DNA of 64,000 bases, taken from NCBI GenBank assembly GCA_964036045.1, contig OZ038379.1, forward strand, positions 12,276,001 through 12,340,000. Direction: 5' to 3'. The notes beneath the pieces were generated by a model. That model was not told where the DNA came from, did not search any database, and worked only from the letters and a program-made list of their open reading frames with translations. Below, one piece after another: positions 25,016 through 34,770 of this stretch. Every line of letters starts with the position of its first letter. Positions within the stretch are counted from its first letter, which is position 1. This DNA comes from Eutreptiella sp. 'Long Island Sound 2002'. Its lineage: Eukaryota; Protista; Euglenida. The position numbers were made by a program, and so were the translations under genes.

Positions 25016-25143
25016 ACAAACTGACAAATGCCTAATGAAGAGGTAATTAAGTTAAACCAGTGTTTTGAGCAAGCTCAAAACACGAGTTTAACCCTAGTGC
25101 ATGCACGAAACAATACTAAACAATGCTTGCCTCGGCTCACTGG
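25016..25143. repeat. Internal split-direct-repeat junction (B1-A2)
   Basis: The 71-bp unit matches 29790-29860 and the 57-bp unit matches 24570-24626. Joined, they read ...AAACACGAG|TTTAACCCTAG..., the predicted circle junction. Confidence 0.95.
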
Positions 25144-25194
25144 AAAGCTTTACCAGGCTGGCTTCTGACACCCGCGGCGCGACCCAGGTGGGCG

Positions 25195-28100
25195 TCATAC
25201 ATAAGCTAGGCCTTGCACCCAGCAGAGTTCAGGATACTTCTGCAATACTCGCCATCTCTCCCACGCCTCCAACTCAGCTTGGTGCACCCGCCCCCCGAAA
25301 TCCATGTCCACTCGACTCATTGGATCGGCAGGATGAAGCTCTGACGGCACCCAAATTAGACGTACTATCACTCCTGTGTTATACAGCACCCACGTCAGTG
25401 CGCGCAACACACGCAACTGGGTACGCAGATGGGATGCTGCCTTCAAACCCCTCACCTGAGCAATGCCCACCATACTGTCGGCGAAGACAGTGAAAACCTT
25501 CCAACCCAACCGCACCGCCAATCTCACCGCCCACGCTATGCCCATGAGCTCCGCCACCTGCTGGTTACAGGGTCCGTCCGGGCATACCCATGTTCGCACA
25601 GACTGGTTAGCAGGCAACACACCACCCACCCTGTAGCAAACACCGTCTTTGGCGGCATCCACCAATATCACAGCCCCAAACAAATCGCCTCTAGATGCCG
25701 GCCTTTCAGAGAGGCACCAACCTCCCAGCTGCCGTACCCTTCGCATGCGCGACTCCGACAGCGGTCTCCACTTCTGGCCTATGCGCGCAATTGCTGTCGC
25801 CAATCCCTCCAACACTTTAACAGGGGTGGCTGGCGCCCTTTCCGGTCCAAATCTCGACCAGGCATACGCTCCTGCGAGCACCCCTGAAAACCCGCGTCGT
25901 GGCCCTAAATGCCACTGCAGGGTACCCAGCAGCTTGTCCAGCCGCCGCTTCGAGTACGCCCCCGTGGCCAGTCGCAACCACGCAACCAGGAACTGGAGGA
26001 ACACAAAAGGCTGCACTTGGATGGAACGTTCTTTCAAATCAACCACCTTCCCCAAGGCCTGTAGCTTCTGGACGGGGCTCAGTGTGCTCTTAGCACTAAC
26101 CAAGAATCCCGCCCGCACGATACGATCTTTCAAGTGACTCGTGGTTGTCCCAAGCAGGGGTTTGTCGCTGGATAACAAAATAAAGTCATCCAAGTAATGC
26201 ACCAAAAAGACCCCATCCGGCACTGCATCTCCCACCACCCGCCCCAATATCTCCTGACACAGATAGGGCGAAAAGGCCCACCCAAACGGGAGGCGGTCCA
26301 GCGACACGAGCCCCCCCTTCTGGTGGGTAAAGAAGCGGAAAATTCGCCTCGCTTTTCTGGGTAACAGGAACGACCAGAAGGCATTAGAGAGGTCGATATG
26401 AGTACCGTACAGTTCCACCCCAGCCGGCTGCTCCGCCATCCATCTACCTATTCCCTCCCAAGACGCTAGTGAAAACTTTGGTGGCTTGAGATGCAATCCC
26501 CTGTGAATACCCACGCAACTTAAAATCAAGGAGCGCTTAATATCATTTTTGGGTATTACAAAAGGAAAACAGGTTGGCGGTAGAGAGGGTGATTCATCAT
26601 GTAAAACACCAGTCCTTCGAATGGCGTCCGTCATTCCACTCACCGTTGCTCGCACCCTCCCATTTCCCCTGTCAGCCTCCCGCAGATCAAAAGTTCTCAT
26701 GAATTCCAAAAACTCCGGGGGCACCGCAGCATCCCATTCCGCTTCAGACATCGCATAGCACCCCACATTACCTATACCAGCCTCCAAAATCTCCGGGGTG
26801 ACCTTCGCTTCCCTAGGCTTGGGAGAGGTGGAGAGGTGATTAACAGAATCCCAAACCCCTGGCGAGAGGTACTGTACTGCCATCAGGCAAATCCCCAGTG
26901 GCTCATCCAACCGAAAGTCCTCACAAACAGAAATAATGCGATTCAACAGTATCCACAGACGACGCACCAGAACCCCTACTGCACACTGTAGCCTACACTT
27001 GAGCCACCAGAAGTGTTGGGTCAGCACAGCCATGATGGTCAGGAGAATTCCACCTTTAAGATGCAGGCCAGCCTCCGCGCCCACCCAACCCCCCAGAATC
27101 CCAGGCACTCTCAAGGGGGAGCCCAGGGGCTGGTCACCGTTGCTGGCGAGCCCCCCCCCTGGTGCTGCCGGCTCCACTGGGTAGAGTCCTGGATCGCTTC
27201 CGTCCCGGTCCGGACTCTCCATCGCTGTGCCGCGGTCGTCGTGTAGCTCCCGCCACCCTTGTGGTAACCGGGCGTCTCGTTGAAGGCGTCGCCACCGCCA
27301 CCGCCGCGCCACCCTTCCGGCCTGCTGGTACTGAAAGGGCTCTGCCACCCACCGTACGCTTGACTCCTCGGTGCCCTCGGGCAGGCTCAGCGGCTGACCG
27401 CCATGGCCCCGACTTCGTTGGCGCCTTTGGTCGTCCCGGCGGCGGCGCCGTGAATCTGAACTTTGCCCTCTCTCCTCCATTGCCGGGCACTTGCTGCCCA
27501 GCACTCGCTGCATCGCTGGCATCCGATCCCCCGCTGGGGAGTGGACCGGCAGGACCCGCAAGTCCCCGCTCAGCGACACCTGGCCTCCCCATCGTCGGTC
27601 CTGCTCTTGAACTCCTTCTTGCCTCTGGCGCTGGAACAACCTCTGCAGTCCTCCGGACACCCGAACGCACACTCGGCCCATCATCGGCCGATACTCCTGA
27701 TCCCGTGTCCTCCGATGAACTGCCCAAGTCTGCCGCATCAGATCTCGGTTCCCCTGCAAATCTCTTACCCCTGAACATACTGGGCGCTGCTCGGCGTCGC
27801 TCGCTCCGGCCCCACACCGGCCGGTTTTTGTCCTGATGCCGCTCATCGAACATGATGTCTCCCCATACTTGCTGCGGATCCGCGAAAGCTGCCGCTGATA
27901 CGGAACCCCAAACCTGTGGTAGACAAAGCGGGGCCACAACCTCTTCATCTCGGTACCCAAGCGCATACGCCATTGCCGTCGCCGTTGCTGCCCATCTGCC
28001 CCACCATTTAAAATGAGGCAGGGCCGGTCCTCTCTTCCAGCACGCTGCAGCTCCTCCACGTCGGAAACAGTGCCACCGATGTCGGGACCATGCCGTCCCA

Positions 28101-28524
28101 CGCACCAAGTCCGCCATTGTTTTCTCGAGCTGAGGAGCCCCTGCAGGAAAGAGCAAGTCGTCCCTGGCGCACCCTCGTCCCTCAGCCCAGTCGTGAAGCC
28201 ACTCAACAAACGGCCTGACCCAAGGAGGCACCGGCCTCCTCTGCCACCCTTCATGTCCTGTCTTACTATTCCAAAAAACCAAATAACTGCTGTCACGTAC
28301 ATCCCCAACACGTACGCTAGCAGCCTCCGCCACTCTAAGAAAACAAACATATGACACCAGGGCCATTGCCACGACCGCCCTTTCGCCATCCGAAGTCGTT
28401 CTATCCACCAAATGACGCAGCAGTACAGGACTTGCATATTCTTGGACTCCCGCTTGGGCCCCCGCTTTAGCAAGCCGCCAATGCAGTGGTTTGACGACCC
28501 CTGCAGCCATTTGGAGGTCTTCAC
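25195..28524 (-). CDS. Reverse transcriptase-RNase H (ORF3); true start uncertain
   Basis: FPFVIPK, IDLSNAFW, RLPFGWAFSP and HYLDDFILL (RT); LVDAA...VAELMG...FADS...HPADPMSR (RNase H D-E-D-D). The 5' 1.39 kb overlaps the YR ORF in another frame. Confidence 0.95.
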   Translation of the reverse strand: MKTSKWLQGSSNHCIGGLLKRGPKRESKNMQVLYCCVIWWIERLRMAKGRSWQWPWCHMFVFLEWRRLLAYVLGMYVTAVIWFFGIVRQDMKGGRGGRCLLGSGRLLSGFTTGLRDEGAPGTTCSFLQGLLSSRKQWRTWCVGRHGPDIGGTVSDVEELQRAGREDRPCLILNGGADGQQRRRQWRMRLGTEMKRLWPRFVYHRFGVPYQRQLSRIRSKYGETSCSMSGIRTKTGRCGAGASDAEQRPVCSGVRDLQGNRDLMRQTWAVHRRTRDQEYRPMMGRVCVRVSGGLQRLFQRQRQEGVQEQDRRWGGQVSLSGDLRVLPVHSPAGDRMPAMQRVLGSKCPAMEERGQSSDSRRRRRDDQRRQRSRGHGGQPLSLPEGTEESSVRWVAEPFQYQQAGRVARRWRWRRLQRDARLPQGWRELHDDRGTAMESPDRDGSDPGLYPVEPAAPGGGLASNGDQPLGSPLRVPGILGGWVGAEAGLHLKGGILLTIMAVLTQHFWWLKCRLQCAVGVLVRRLWILLNRIISVCEDFRLDEPLGICLMAVQYLSPGVWDSVNHLSTSPKPREAKVTPEILEAGIGNVGCYAMSEAEWDAAVPPEFLEFMRTFDLREADRGNGRVRATVSGMTDAIRRTGVLHDESPSLPPTCFPFVIPKNDIKRSLILSCVGIHRGLHLKPPKFSLASWEGIGRWMAEQPAGVELYGTHIDLSNAFWSFLLPRKARRIFRFFTHQKGGLVSLDRLPFGWAFSPYLCQEILGRVVGDAVPDGVFLVHYLDDFILLSSDKPLLGTTTSHLKDRIVRAGFLVSAKSTLSPVQKLQALGKVVDLKERSIQVQPFVFLQFLVAWLRLATGAYSKRRLDKLLGTLQWHLGPRRGFSGVLAGAYAWSRFGPERAPATPVKVLEGLATAIARIGQKWRPLSESRMRRVRQLGGWCLSERPASRGDLFGAVILVDAAKDGVCYRVGGVLPANQSVRTWVCPDGPCNQQVAELMGIAWAVRLAVRLGWKVFTVFADSMVGIAQVRGLKAASHLRTQLRVLRALTWVLYNTGVIVRLIWVPSELHPADPMSRVDMDFGGRVHQAELEAWERWRVLQKYPELCWVQGLAYV

Positions 28525-28774
28525 AAGCCCGCACTACCGAGATGATGCCTCTCGCCCCACTTGAGCTGCCACCATTTTGAACGTGCTGAGCGAGTTTCCG
28601 AGATAGGATGGAAGGCAAGTTGCCCTCTTCTCCCAAGGATTCCTCAAGGTCTCCCAACCTTCGCAAACTGGACGCGTATCCAGCCGTCGTAGACGGCTTC
28701 CAACCCCGAATTGCAACACCCACAGGTGTTGTGGGTTCTTCCTCACGTCGGTGCGACTCAAACTCAAGCGCCAA
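27134..28774 (-). CDS. Tyrosine recombinase (ORF2)
   Basis: Complete catalytic set: FLRVAEA (R), NSKT (K), HCFRRGGA (HxxR), WGRW (W), AMAY (Y). Low-complexity C-terminal tail. Confidence 0.95.
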   Translation of the reverse strand: MALEFESHRREEEPTTPVGVAIRGWKPSTTAGYASSLRRLGDLEESLGEEGNLPSILSRKLAQHVQNGGSSSGARGIISVVRACEDLQMAAGVVKPLHWRLAKAGAQAGVQEYASPVLLRHLVDRTTSDGERAVVAMALVSYVCFLRVAEAASVRVGDVRDSSYLVFWNSKTGHEGWQRRPVPPWVRPFVEWLHDWAEGRGCARDDLLFPAGAPQLEKTMADLVRGTAWSRHRWHCFRRGGAAACWKRGPALPHFKWWGRWAATATAMAYALGYRDEEVVAPLCLPQVWGSVSAAAFADPQQVWGDIMFDERHQDKNRPVWGRSERRRAAPSMFRGKRFAGEPRSDAADLGSSSEDTGSGVSADDGPSVRSGVRRTAEVVPAPEARRSSRAGPTMGRPGVAERGLAGPAGPLPSGGSDASDAASAGQQVPGNGGERAKFRFTAPPPGRPKAPTKSGPWRSAAEPARGHRGVKRTVGGRALSVPAGRKGGAAVAVATPSTRRPVTTRVAGATRRPRHSDGESGPGRKRSRTLPSGAGSTRGGARQQR

Positions 28775-28852
28775 CCACCGGTACGTCGGCCTCTGCTCTC
28801 CCGGTGGTTCGATCCCCGCGACGGCATCCCGATACCGCCACGGGTTTTCTCG

Positions 28853-29777
28853 TCACGACCACAATGGGCACCGGAAACACCAGTACCGCAAGTTCTCCAG
28901 CTTTCCCGCCGCCGTGCATCTACGGCAATCTTCGCTGGGTTGTGCGTCCACCGGTATCCAGTCTCCGGCCTTGGATAACCAGTAGGCTACCCCGTCCCGT
29001 TTCTTGAATTGAATACTCTTGTTTTGGGAAATTCAGTATGGTTTTCGGGACACTCTGCAGAGGGAGAAGGCGACCTACGGTCGGCAATGTTTGCAGTGGC
29101 ACCCAGTGGTGTAGGGAAAGGGCAAAGAGGGGTTGGGTTGGGTAAGGTGATACCCCACACATGAATTTTGCATGAAAAATGACAAATTTCCAACAAAGAA
29201 AAAACCAACGCGTACGTGTTGAGATTTCAACACGTACGCGTCTATGTGAACAGATCTTAGCAGTTATATATCTCCAGGAATCCCCGCCACTCGCCATGGC
29301 CTCATCAAAATTTTCCGACTTTCCTTTGGGCCCCGATGCTTGTCCCGGCGAATACCTCTTCACGTAAGTCGCATGTGCAACAATGAGGACTTTCCACATT
29401 CTGTACGCCAACGCATCTCCGAGACTTAATTGTTCTCCTTGCTTACCTCCCACGTCTGCTGGCCTACTCGGCTTCGGAACCGCCGTCACATACTTCTTTA
29501 ATACCGCACATGCATCCTTCATCCAAACCGTGACTCTTTCCTTCTTCAAAAACTCCTCTATCCCATCCAAGTTGAGGTCCGGGATTTCCGTGTCCTTGCG
29601 CTTTTCAATCTCCGTGGCGGCTAATTGTACCCTCAAGCGCTCCACCTCCGCATCCTGTCGACGGAGCATGGCCTTCAACTCGGCCAATTCCTTGGCCGTA
29701 CCCGATTCCGCGTGTGAATCGTCGGACACAAAAATTGCGTCCTCTTGCATCCCGCTGCTCCCGTGAAGCCCAGACAT
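28853..29777 (-). pseudogene. gag-like ORF1 with two frameshifts
   Basis: Starts at ATG 29777 (MSGLHGSSG), has a coiled-coil N-terminus and ends KKRDGVAYWLSKAGDWIPVDAQPSEDCRRC...CFRCPLWS-stop. Removing two 5-nt segments (29219-29223, 29009-29013) gives a 304-aa ORF. Confidence 0.8.
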
Positions 29778-32700
29778 GGCAAAAAGGGAACAAACTGACA
29801 AATGCCTAATGAAGAGGTAATTAAGTTAAACCCGTGTTTTGAGCAAGCACAAAACACGAGGCTCCCAATTAGGAGGTGTGTTCAAATTCACCCGGATAGT
29901 ACATGGAAGGGTGAATTGTACAACACAATGCAAAGCAAGCGAGCAGCGCTCAAAAGCTCAAAGACATGGAACTCGATATAGACAGCAAAATGCGGTGCCC
30001 CATGTGCTGCTGGTCTCAACACCAATAATCTGATGGGGGGCACGGTACAAAAGGGATTGAAAACAGGAAAATGGACGACCCTTGGACGTCTCAGTTTGAA
30101 TGGCATCGCATCTATACCATAAACAATTTGTCATTTGGGGCACGCCAACTCTTCGGCAATCGCGAAGTCTCCCGAGGCAGAAGGAATACCTTCTCGAGCC
30201 TTCCGTAGGATGGGATCAAAATTTTACCCGCGCCCGCAAGGGTCGGCCAAAACCAAAACCAAACAAAACCAAAATTTGGTGCCACGCACAGGTTAGCAGC
30301 TGCTACAAGCGGAAAAGTAAGGATGCGGGCTTCAATGGGGGAGAGCTGATGAAAATGTTCTCAAATAAAATGCATCCGGGCTGCACCCGTGACAAGTGGT
30401 AAAAGAGCCTTCTCCGTTCTCAAATTGTGCAATGCCAGTAAGGGAAACCACTTCAAGTGATAGCGACATCCACACAATGCAAGCCAATCCACCCTCCACC
30501 ATTGAGTGCAAAAGTCCAAGATATCGCACTTTTGATGCCAATTCAAACGAAAGCGGATGGTTCGCCGCTGCTGTGCATAGCGCATGACGTCGTGCCTGCA
30601 AAATCGTTCAAAAACCCAGTTCAGCCGCAAACGGTGGTCACTAGTGAAAAAATATGAACACGACTCTCCAATACGGCCATGTGGTTGGTCGGCATGGCAA
30701 ATCCCTGCTCTAGCACTCCCCGGGAACCTAGTGACTTGGGAGGAAGAAGCGACTCGGCGAAACTTTTGCGTCCTCTTGGTACGGCCATGGGGACATACGG
30801 AGAGAATGGGCCCAATTGTGGTTGTAGCTCACGTGTTCCCTTTGCAAGATTTTGTCCTTCATGCAAAACGGAAAATCTTTGAATCTTTGAATTGATAAAA
30901 AAAAAGCATAACCATGGATTGTCTCATTGAAATGATACATTTAGACGATGTAATGGGATAGCACTGTCGAAACAATCAACATCATTCACTTTTCTTTTTT
31001 TTGGGCCCCTAGTCTGCATTCTGAAATTGCCAAATTTCTGCAATAGATAGAAATCAGAATCAGAAATGTGATCCTAGAAAATCCGGTTCCAACATTGTGT
31101 CAATTCCTGAATGTCCTGTCAGGTACTGAGGAGAAAAGATGACGCGGCTCAGTAAGGGACTTATCCCTTACTTAGCCGCATCCCACAAATGTGTCAGAAG
31201 CTCCCCACCACAGACATCGTCCAGAGACGACCGCGAATTTACAGGGAATTATCTGCGCTGTGTGCGAAAACTCCCCACCACAGACATCGTCCAGAGACGT
31301 ACCGCGAATTTACGGGGAATTATCTGCGCTGTGAAACCTCTAGTGCGTCCTATAGGCTGCAAATTGCATACTGGCACCTGGTGGTTTGACACTCCGTGAT
31401 CTGCCCGGTTACCCGCTTGACCGTTTCTGTGGCTACTGTGGGGACCGCGAAGGCACCAAAACGGTGCCTGACTGTGTTGACCTGTATATACAGTAGAGTG
31501 ATTGATCGATCACCCAGGTGTGATACCTGAGTTTCAATCTGCCACAGATCCGACAGCAGCCAAAACATCGGCGTTGTCCACATGTGACACTAAACTCATG
31601 AGTACTTGGGTCGAATGCATGTACTTCGTCCACCGCGGGTGGTAGTAGCTTTAAAGCTATCAATCAGCAAGATTGGTCGGCAATTGATTGTCATCGTCCT
31701 CCTCCTCTTGAACCTCCTCATCTTCCTCCCCATCTCTACCATGAAATCAACCCAAGCTGGGTCATTCTCATCATCCTCATCACTATCCTCATTAAAGTGC
31801 CGGTGCCTCAACTCCAGGGGACGGATTCCACAACAAGTGCTTGGAGACACACTACAGCACTAGGTGGGAAAAAACTTTTTGTGCTTCGCACCCCGAATTT
31901 GCGTTCATGAAATTGCCGCTCTGGTTTTGGTGCCTTGGGCTTGCCTTACTCGATCACTGCCCAAAAGGCTCAGCCTCGGCACAAGTCGGCTCTGACATAC
32001 TTGGTGGGAGCAGATGTGCGACGTGATTCGCTGCACGTCCTTGGTTAGCCGTGCTTAGCACATTCAGAATTCCCTCTTACGCTTTGTGCCTGCTTTGTGC
32101 CCATGCATGCTTATGTGCATTCATTCAAGGAACAATACCGCCGAAGGCGGCGAAGCAAAGAATGAGGAACACATCAAAATACATCCCTGAGGTTGGGCTC
32201 CATTAGAAAATTAGGAAAACATCCTGGCTCTACAAAACACATTATTAGAACATAAGGATAAGGAAAAAAGCCCGCGGTGGCCGAGGCCATTATTATTCCT
32301 TATTTAACACAAATTCTGCAGTACGACAAGAATATTCGAGATCTTGGGATAGGAGTTTCAAAATGGAATGGAATGGAGTTTAGCTGGAACGGAGTTTTTC
32401 AAATGGAATGAGTTGCCAGGGTCCGGAACGGACTTTATGAAGGGAACATCTTGGGATATGCACATTCCCTTGGGGATCCACACGGCAATACCCCTTTCAG
32501 CACGAAGTGCAAACACTCTGTCCAACAGCGGAGTGGTGTTCCGCTAGTGGTGGTGAGCCTATGTACCCCAACAAGTACAACCCTCACCAGCACACGCTCT
32601 CACGGTGCAACAAGAGCGCAAACTGCGTGCCCCGTCTCCCTTCAGGCCATCCTCAGCACTGCCGGTCACGGCAAGTTCATCCGTGAAGCAACATGTACCT

Positions 32701-34575
32701 CGCGGCACGTCTTCAGTAAACTCGATGCATGTTCCCGCACCAAAAACGGGGCTTCCACCAAAACCTTGCGTCTAATTCCCCTAAACGAATGCCTCGGGTG
32801 TGTGCTCTTGTGGTAAAGTTGTCGGGGAAATCTTCGCGCCAAACGGGGGCTCCGGATGGGAAACGGAGTACAGAACCTTTGTTCGATGATCTAGGGATTT
32901 TTCACATGTATCCAAACCCCAACCAAGCTTAGGTTGGCGGCTCAATTCAAAGATTCAAAGATTTTCCGTTTTGCATGAAGGACAAAATCTTGCAAAGGGA
33001 ACACGTGAGCTACAACCACAATTGGGCCCATTCCCTCCCAAGTCACTAGGTTCCCGGGAGTGCCAGAGCAGGGATTTGCCATGCCGACCAACCACATGGC
33101 CGTATTGGAGAGTCGTGTTCATGTTTTTTCGCTAGTGACCACCGTTTGCGGCTGAACTGGGTTTTTGAACGATTTTGCAGGCACGACGTCATGCGCTATG
33201 CACAGCAGCGGCGAACCATCCGCTTTCGTTTGAATTGGCATCAAAAGTGCGATATCTTGGACTTTTTGCACTCAATGGTGGAGGGTGGATTGGCTTGCAT
33301 CGTGTGGATGTCGCTATCACTTGAAGTGGTTTCCCTTACTGGCATTGCACAATTTGAGAACGGAGAAGGCTCTTTTACCACTTGTCACGGGTGCAGCCCG
33401 GATGCATTTTATTTGAGAACATTTTCATCAGCTCTCCCCCATTGAAGCCCGCATCCTTACTTTTCCGCTTGTAGCAGCTGCTAACCTGTGCGTGGCACCA
33501 AATTTTGGTTTTGTTTGGTTTTGGTTTTGGCCGACCCTTGCGGGCGCGGGTAAAATTTTGATCCCATCCTACGGAAGGCTCGAGAAGGTATTCCTTCTGC
33601 CTCGGGAGACTTCGCGATTGCCGAAGAGTTGGCGTGCCCCAAATGACAAATTGTTTATGGTATAGATGCGATGCCATTCAAACTGAGACGTCCAAGGGTC
33701 GTCCATTTTCCTGTTTTCAATCCCTTTTGTACCGTGCCCCCCATCAGATTATTGGTGTTGAGACCAGCAGCACATGGGGCACCGCATTTTGCTGTCTATA
33801 TCGAGTTCCATGTCTTTGAGCTTTTGAGCGCTGCTCGCTTGCTTTGCATTGTGTTGTACAATTCACCCTTCCATGTACTATCCGGGTGAATTTGAACACA
33901 CCTCCTAATTGGGAGCCTTAAGGTTTTGTATTTGTCTCTTGAAGCAAGGATGAACATAAACCATCTGAGTGTCACGCATCGTGAAGCTTTGAGGATATGG
34001 ATGGGCTGCATGTGTCTCACCCGCATATTGTGCTTTGGAATCAACGCAAAATGATGGAGTGCAAGCACCGATGTTAGTAGCAAGTGTCATAAAGTTCAAT
34101 TGCATAGTACGTAGGTGTTTGCCCTCATGCTGTAAATGCTAAAGGGAGGGCATTTCAATACTTTTGCACCCACCGTAAACCCAATTGTCTGCTCGTGCCG
34201 CTACTCCGCAGCTACTCCGCAAAAGTTCTTGTGTCATGACGCTACGCTTGTTAGTTCATGTATACATAATACATAATTATTGCAGTTAGGCAAATTAGTT
34301 GGCATGTTTGGTCGTCGCATTGTAGGCTGCTAGGTGCTTTCTTTTGCCTTTACTGCTTGCTGTCAGTTACACCTTCTCCACAGTGACCTGCATCATCTCC
34401 AAACTGACTTGCACCCTTGTGACCTTTGACCTTGGAACTTGACCTTTGCTCTTTGTTGTGTGCACTTTGACCTTTTACCTCTGACCTTTACCTTTGCTCT
34501 TTGTTGGGTGTGCCTTCACCTTACCTTTTTGCTCAAGGTCTCTCCACCAGAACATGGGACTTGTGGAGATGCCTA

Positions 34576-34770
34576 GAGCTGCGCTTGGGGGAGCCTTGCA
34601 GGCGAAGCGAGACTCGGGGGAGTTGCCTTACCTTTTTATGGCCGGAGCTGCGCTTGGGGGAGCCGTGCAGGCGAAGCGAATTTTGGGGGATCCGCCGTAC
34701 CTTTTTATGCCCCGAGCTACGCTTGGGGAAGCAGGCAAAGCGAGACTCGGGGGAGCTGGGAGCTCGGGGG
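34576..34770 (+). repeat. ~63-bp tandem repeat, about 3 units
   Basis: GAGCTGCGCTTGGGGGAGCC.TGCAGGCGAAGCGA...TACCTTTTTATG repeated. Confidence 0.8.

Larger units (their letters stand above)
24570..29860 (-). mobile_element. Tyrosine-recombinase (DIRS-order) retrotransposon, TATE/VIPER-like, gag-YR-RT/RH with split direct repeats, 5291 bp
   Basis: In element sense: A1 (29860-29790), gag, YR, RT/RNaseH, B1 (25143-25087), A2 (25086-25016), spacer, B2 (24626-24570). The empty site is visible in the right arm of the host element. Confidence 0.95.
24228..34258. mobile_element. Fold-back / long-TIR element (~4.7 kb without the nested insertion)
   Basis: Left arm = 24228-24569 plus 29861-30895; right arm = 32942-34258 as its reverse complement (the right arm lacks ~57 bp). 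Spacer 30896-32941. No intact transposase or clear TSD. Confidence 0.8.

Noticed and set aside
27162-27836. Plus-strand 224/276-aa ORFs within the element
   Set aside because: Antisense to the YR tail, GC-rich and low-complexity.
29050-29232. Spliceosomal intron in gag (CGC|GTACGT ... CTCTGCAG|)
   Set aside because: Splicing these sites does not change frame or reach the Cys-rich C-terminus. Removing two 5-nt scars restores the whole ORF more simply.
31596-31850. pogo/DDE_1-like motif PILLIDSFKA
   Set aside because: A short match in a frame that appears shifted from an acidic low-complexity stretch; no other DDE motifs.
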